A program made the position numbers and the translations under genes. Below, in pieces: positions 58,315 to 64,000 of a stretch of DNA of 64,000 bases. The notes under the pieces are model-generated. The model was not told the origin of the DNA and did no database searches. It saw only the letters and a program-made list of their open reading frames with translations. The stretch is from Vezdaea acicularis. Taxonomy: Eukaryota. How positions within the stretch are numbered: position 1 is the stretch's first letter; every line of letters starts with the position of its first letter. Location: NCBI GenBank assembly GCA_026025075.1, contig JAPEUI010000006.1, forward strand, positions 186,001 through 250,000, given 5' to 3'.

Positions 58315-60836
58315 GAAGACAGCAGACACGATCCTCCGCCGAGAAGCGCGCAGAAAGGGGACACCGCGACTATCACGGCCAGTAGAGGCCAATCGACGAT
58401 AAGGCTTGACAAATTACTAAGAGAGCCGCAGGCACGTATGCCCGCCTTACGCGTCAAGTGGGCTTGTCGCTGCGCTTAGGAGAACCCGGCGATATGGTTC
58501 GGTGGATCAGTGGAACTATCGCGGCGCTTCTCCGATGAACCAAAGGCAGGAAGTCTTGGTAGACGAAGGTGCAAATCGCAGACGGGCGCAGCAGAGACGG
58601 AGTTTTTGTGAGGTAAAAGGATTGCTAAGAGGAACAGAAAGCAGACGGAGGGTCTGCCTGATACATAAAACGGTCCAAGCCCACCATGAGGTGCGTATGA
58701 CAAGGTTTATAGCGCTCGCCGCCCCCCCCCCCCTCCGCCATCGATGAAGTTCAATCACACACCACCACCACTTCCGCCCATGCAGGCCACCAAGCCGAAA
58801 CGGAGATTCGAGGGCGTTAGTCCCAGGGCATGAGCCCGAAGATGGGGCCCTGATTTAGGACGCGGGACATGAGAGATCCGACCGTGATTGGACGCGTGCG
58901 GCGCCGACATACCCCGCGCTGCGCAAGGCGTCCGTCGGTGGTCCATACCGCCTCCGTGAGCAGCATCGACACAGGGGAAAAGCTAGGATAAAGTCCCCGG
59001 ACGAGGCGTGGTGGGTGAAGAGTTTTCCAGTGCGTGTGCAACGATCCAGCGACGATGCGCCGCTTGAACGAGTCACGACTCATGACAGAGGGCGGCGGCG
59101 GAACGCGCATCAGGGACCAGCGAGACACGCCGGGCCAGTCGGAGCCATCCTCTGCGGGCGAGCTGCACGCCAGCGCCCGGTCGCGAATCGAAAGGCTTGG
59201 GCGGGCACTACGCACTACGGGGATCCATCGGCTTGGATACGAGAAGTTTGGGCAGAGACGGAACGGCGGAGCGGAGCAAGAAACAAAGCAAAAGGCAGCA
59301 AACAGCAAATCATAACATCTCGCGATGATGACGGGACTGCTCTGCACGGGAGAACCTTCGAATTTTCTTCCAGGTCATTTGCCGGTGGCCCATTGGCCGC
59401 CAACCGAGCCGCTACTCGGCGCTAGAGCACAGGCGAGGGTTATAACCCCCCTATTGGGCCCAGCGCACCGCGCTAGACATCGGCTGGAAAAGGAAGCCTC
59501 AAGCAGTTGTTGCGTGACGCCGGCGACGGCCAATCCCCCCGCCCCGTCCGCTCCGTCTCGTCCTTCTCCTCCTTCTCCTCGGCAATTGCCGACCACCACC
59601 GCCGCCAGCGAAACGGAACGATCGTCCCTTCGTGCGCCGGACTAAGTGAAGTGGACCCGACGTGATGAACGCGGTGACGATCTATCGGGGAGAGGGGGGG
59701 AATAGTGGCAGATCGACTTGCAATAAGGCGGGAACGATCCCCCCCTTCGTCCCCTGGATGCCATTGGGAGTTATATGTTCATTCAAAGGTGGTCGTTTGG
59801 CCAAGTGACGTTGACAGACCTCCGTCTCTGATGCACCTGCCCCGTCCGCATCGAACCCGAGTCCATGGTTCCTGCCAGTTCACGTACTCTGCCGCGAGAT
59901 CCGCGACACGGACACGGTCCGTGCGTCACCCACCGGAACATCATGGCCTTGGCTCAACCCCATCGTGACTCCACCTGCTCGTGCCCTCAGACAAGGTGGA
60001 GTATTGGCGACCAGCAAAGCCGTCCAATGCCGCGTCCAGGCGAGGTGGAGATGGTGAATTTGCCCTCCGACCTCCGTTCTCTCAGGGCCTCAACGCGTGG
60101 TTTAATGAACGTGCTTGAGTCAAAGCATGAAAAACTCTCCATCTAGCCGAAATGCAGGATGGCCTTATTGCCGCCGTAGGGTGCTTAGCCCTTGTCAGGT
60201 GATGACGGCGGGACGGCTCTCTCTGGAAGGACTCGTTACTTCCTAAAGGGGGGAATACCGCCATAAGACTCCGAGATGACGTCTGAAGATTTTTATCCTT
60301 CCGTAACTTGGGAAGGAGTAGATCGTTTCAGTGCTCCTCTAACTGGATCCGGTTAATTCCTAAAAGAGGAGAGAATAGACTTGCATAGCAAACCACAGAG
60401 ACGTCTCTGAGCTCTCCTTGGCCCAGCGTTGCAACACAATTCAACGAGACTCATGTGCTCCAAATGCAATAAAATGGTTACATCTCTCTGGATCTGAAAG
60501 TCTTATAAATTTGTTGCGGAACGTCATGAGACTGCCCAACCAATTCTTGGTCACTGGAATTTGCGCCTGCCGTGTTGTCCATGCTTTCTGGCTCCATGGC
60601 AACTAGTGGATGGTATACAGACTGGAAGGTACGCCCTCGGTATCTGAAAGAATTTATGAATATTGGAAGGGATGAAGTTCTTCACCCTTCACTTACAATG
60701 GGATCTTTTTTCTTTCCACCCGCTCATTGTTCAATTTAGGGCCAAGTGCGCAGGGTCTGGACGCTTTATTTCTTGGATAGATCCAGGTTGCATGAATGCC
60801 ACTGGACCGAACATGAAAGTGCAGGGCATGATTTAA

Positions 60837-63182
60837 ATGGCAATCCTTGATGGCTGGAATATCGCGAGCTACACCTCAAGGAACAAATATGCGATGCTGC
60901 AAGCAATGCCCTCTCTTCACGATCAAGTGCTTTCAACAGATATGGGCCCGGATCTCACGATGCTCCGGCGACACCGGTCTGCATGTAATCTACCATCACT
61001 GGGCTGGGAGCCGCCTGAGCAATTGATACCTCGTCCATCCACCGCTCATTCTTGGGTCACCCGGCCACTCTCCGATATTCGCGAAGCCCCAGAATCGAGC
61101 TTTCCGAGCCTGGAGTATCAAAACAATCTCGATGGTCCATATCCAGAGCCGAAAAAGGATGCTGGGGAGATACCTCCAATAGCCCTGCCTCGACGGTCAT
61201 CGTCTAGGAAGCTGAACCGCCATCGAAGTCGTAAATCCTACGACTCTCGCAGGTCTTTTGATCAAGCTCCGGACGATCCTGGACTGGGCCTTCCACCACC
61301 TGAGGGTTCTGGTTTGACAATTCCAGCTCGACGTAAGTCCCGCTCACCTGTGCGAGGCCCAATCAGGCAGCGCCATGCTATTTCTTCGGATGCTCTGAGA
61401 CCCACTTCAAGGACCTTCGTAAGAGCTAAGAAGCCCTATGATATTCTAGAATATCCGGAAATACGTAATTCTCGGCTTGGCCTAGATGTGCGGGTATCCG
61501 CGCCTTTGTTCATGGGCGGTGGAGCAATCGAGGGGCGTTTGCACATGAATATCGATGGAGGACCCAAAGGCAAGACACCTAAGGGCAAGGACCTCTCCAT
61601 AGGGCGTATATCGATGGATGTACTTGGGGTAGAAGAGGTGTCGAATTCCAAGCGAGCCATCTTCTTGACCCTGGCAGGAGAACTCTTGGATGATGATAAT
61701 CCTCCTCCTGCGACTATGCTTGCTTCTATTTCAGCAACCGCACATTCGCCGTCCTTCTGGCGACTGACTCCTTCGACTCCAAGCCTACCCTTTCAGTTGG
61801 ATCTTCCCCTCAACGTTGGCCCTGGCCCCTTTTCCTCAAAGAAAGCACGGATCAAGTATCTGCTAGCTGTGACATTGCTCATAAAAGTGGCCGGAAAGTC
61901 GAAATTTGTACGGCAGTGTATTGAGATTTCGCTCATCTCGGTCTTCGACCGTGAGTGATATTCGTTGCTTTGCAAGGCCATTGGCTAACCGATTTAAAGC
62001 GGAAAAAGCTCTGGTATCCTTGCCCAGCCCTCTAGTTGCAGAGGACGAGGTCACACTTCATCACGGCGCCGTTTTCCATACCATTAAGTTGATTGCTGGG
62101 ATGCATCGTCAGATTTGGGTCAGCGGCACAAGTCTGTTTGTCGATGTCTTCATAGTGAACGATAGTGATCGTACTGTAAAGAAAATCGAACTTACGCTAG
62201 AGAGATGCATTCTTCGATTCCTGCATGTAGGCAGGCATCTCATCTTGGACATATCTCGTTCACTAGGCTGACCTCGCACTTCACCGAGTAGTCTGCAGCT
62301 TCGACTGAGGACCAAACAGCAAGTGACCTTCGAATCTCAGATGAGAGGGAGCAGAAGGTGATTGGCAGGACCGTTATCAAGGCTGGAAAGCATGGGCAAT
62401 GGAATGACGTTCCTCCACACTCGGACGATGTCCAAACCTGCGAAGTTAACATACCAAGGGGCCATCTGACGGTCAAGGCTGGGCGGTACTTCGAAGTTCG
62501 CTATCGTCTCAACATTCACATTGGGTCAACGCTCTCGTAAGATACGCATTTGATCATGAATTTGGATCGTGCTAAACCAGGTCCCTTAAGCCATTTCGTC
62601 ACTGTCCAACTCCCCGTCACGATCATCCATATGAACTCCCTCGACATCATACCCAATTCTCTCCCTGCAGTCGCTTCGGCCATACATGAACGCCAAAGCA
62701 ATCACTCCCTCCGAGAAGAGGCTCGTACACCCCGCTCGGTCCAGGGCCGAGCCTTTGCCGCCCCGCGCCAGCGCTCCATCTCCCAGCTCCGGAAGGAGAC
62801 TGTTGGATCTGCTGACATTCGAGAACTCGAACAAACCCTCGAGCTGAGCCCGCGCAAGCATCGTCCGAACTCTCAGTCACGACCTCAGAGCGCGGCACAA
62901 GGACGAGACTTGAAGGCTGCGCGAGGTGGAGTCCGAAGTGTAAGGTCGATGGCGTCAAGAGAGATGAGAGCGCCGCCGATGATCAGGGCGATGCAGGGCA
63001 TGAGCTCTGAGGACAGCGACGCGGAGTTTGACGTATGGGCGAAGGCACAGAGTGCCAAGGTTGACAACATTGTGCGTAGGTTTGAGAAAAGGGGCCAGCA
63101 AAAGGGTAGGGGGGCAAGAGCGGCCAATGATGAATGGGGGAAAGGTCGCTCTAACAAGGACGGTAACGACCCTTGGGTATAA
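60837..63182 (+). CDS. Arrestin-domain protein, 4 exons
   Basis: APLFMGG, DVLGVEE, LPFQLDLPLNVGPGPF, D|PEKALVSLPSPL, AGMHRQIWVSG, GRYFEVRY, VQLPVTIIHMNSLD; introns ~61952-61999, ~62227-62291, ~62537-62590; start uncertain. Confidence 0.8.
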
Positions 63183-63576
63183 ACGATTAGCAGCCCGCCA
63201 GGATTGGCGAATACGCTAGTTGTGCTGGTGTTACGGTTCTAGGTCTATTGGCTTATGTTCGGCGTTTATGCGTATACCCAATGATATGTTTTGATTAGCG
63301 CAAATCTATGTCGTACCCTCAATGCCTCAATTTTCACGACTTGATTTATATCGGGATATGTGACTAGCCTTTCTACTCTATAATGTCCCCCTAAACCTAG
63401 CCGTCACAAATTTCAAAGGCGTGAAATATCTTGGTCGTGTTAGACATTTTCATGCGCTCCGGAGCTCCACCCGCATCTCGGAAACCTTCAAACGACAAGC
63501 CATATATCTCCCAGGCCCCACCATGAAACCAAACACCGAATGGTGACAGCCTCCCACCCTCTTACCCGCGTCAGCT

Positions 63577-64000
63577 ATGCAGGCAGCTTTCGGTGCGTCG
63601 CCATCTCAAGTCCCTTGTTCCATGGCTAACCCGCCGTAGTTCCCAAGAACCGTCGAGTGAGTCCGCGCAACCTCCGCCCTCCCGTTCCCTCCGCCCCGCC
63701 TTCCCCACCAACTTCCTCCCCCCTATCCTAACACACCCCCCAAGCCAAAATTCGAGCTCCACCTTCGAATCCACGACCTGAACAACATCCCCCTCGTCTC
63801 CGGCGCCGCGTACGTAAAATGGCACCTCCCCTCCAGCATCTCCGCCGAGCACCGGGGCCACACCCCCAAAGCGCCGATCAAAGAGCACAAAGTGTTCTGG
63901 GACTACTCGCGCGTGCTGCAGATGAAACTGACGATCGACCGAAACGCGATGCTGCAGGACTCCGACATCGAATTCGAGGTTCTCCAGGAATACGGACGGA
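63577..64000 (+). CDS. NT-C2 (EEIG1/EHBP1 N-terminal C2) domain protein, truncated by the window end
   Basis: MQAAF|VPKNRR|PKFELHLRIHDLNNIPLVSGAAYVKWHL...RGHTPKAPIKEHKVFWDY; two short introns. Confidence 0.85.

Noticed and set aside
58400..60800. Short ORFs in the bZIP/arrestin divergent interval
   Set aside because: GC-rich promoter-like DNA with TATA- and CCAAT-like motifs; the ORFs show no coding signature.
1..64000. Secondary-metabolite cluster, transposon or stop-codon readthrough (TGA-CTA) signals
   Set aside because: No PKS, NRPS, terpene synthase, transposase or reverse-transcriptase motifs, LTRs or TIRs were seen; the stop codons I checked lack the readthrough context.

Overview
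Gene-dense, intron-containing eukaryotic DNA from a filamentous ascomycete (Pezizomycotina-type short GT-AG introns with CTRAC branch points). About 24 protein-coding genes can be reconstructed by hand: F-box protein, TRAPPC12-like TPR protein, TBC Rab-GAP, parvulin PIN4, cysteine dioxygenase, RPS27, Zn2Cys6 factor, DUF3074/START-like protein, coiled-coil orphan, BTB protein, two hypothetical proteins, MFS permease, DUF4149, KU80, FHA-forkhead factor, alpha/beta hydrolase, Ser/Thr/Pro-rich membrane protein, GtaA-family protein, Stm1, bZIP factor, arrestin-like protein, a truncated NT-C2 protein and a low-confidence spliced orphan. There is also an intron-containing tRNA-Glu(TTC). I found no transposase, CRISPR array, rRNA or biosynthetic cluster, and I cannot claim a new multi-gene system. 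The most interesting signals are non-coding or splicing-level: (i) repeated strand-symmetric C-rich to G-rich skew flips that override synonymous codon use; (ii) a highly base-paired RPS27 intron; (iii) a higher-order ~116-nt repeat array with duplicated intron-like tails at 24.0-24.8 kb; (iv) a 264-nt stop-free in-frame intron; (v) a GC-AG intron in the bZIP gene; (vi) an unusually frequent AAG splice acceptor; (vii) stacked uORFs ahead of the Zn2Cys6 factor. Exon boundaries were read by eye, and family assignments come from recognised motifs, not database searches.
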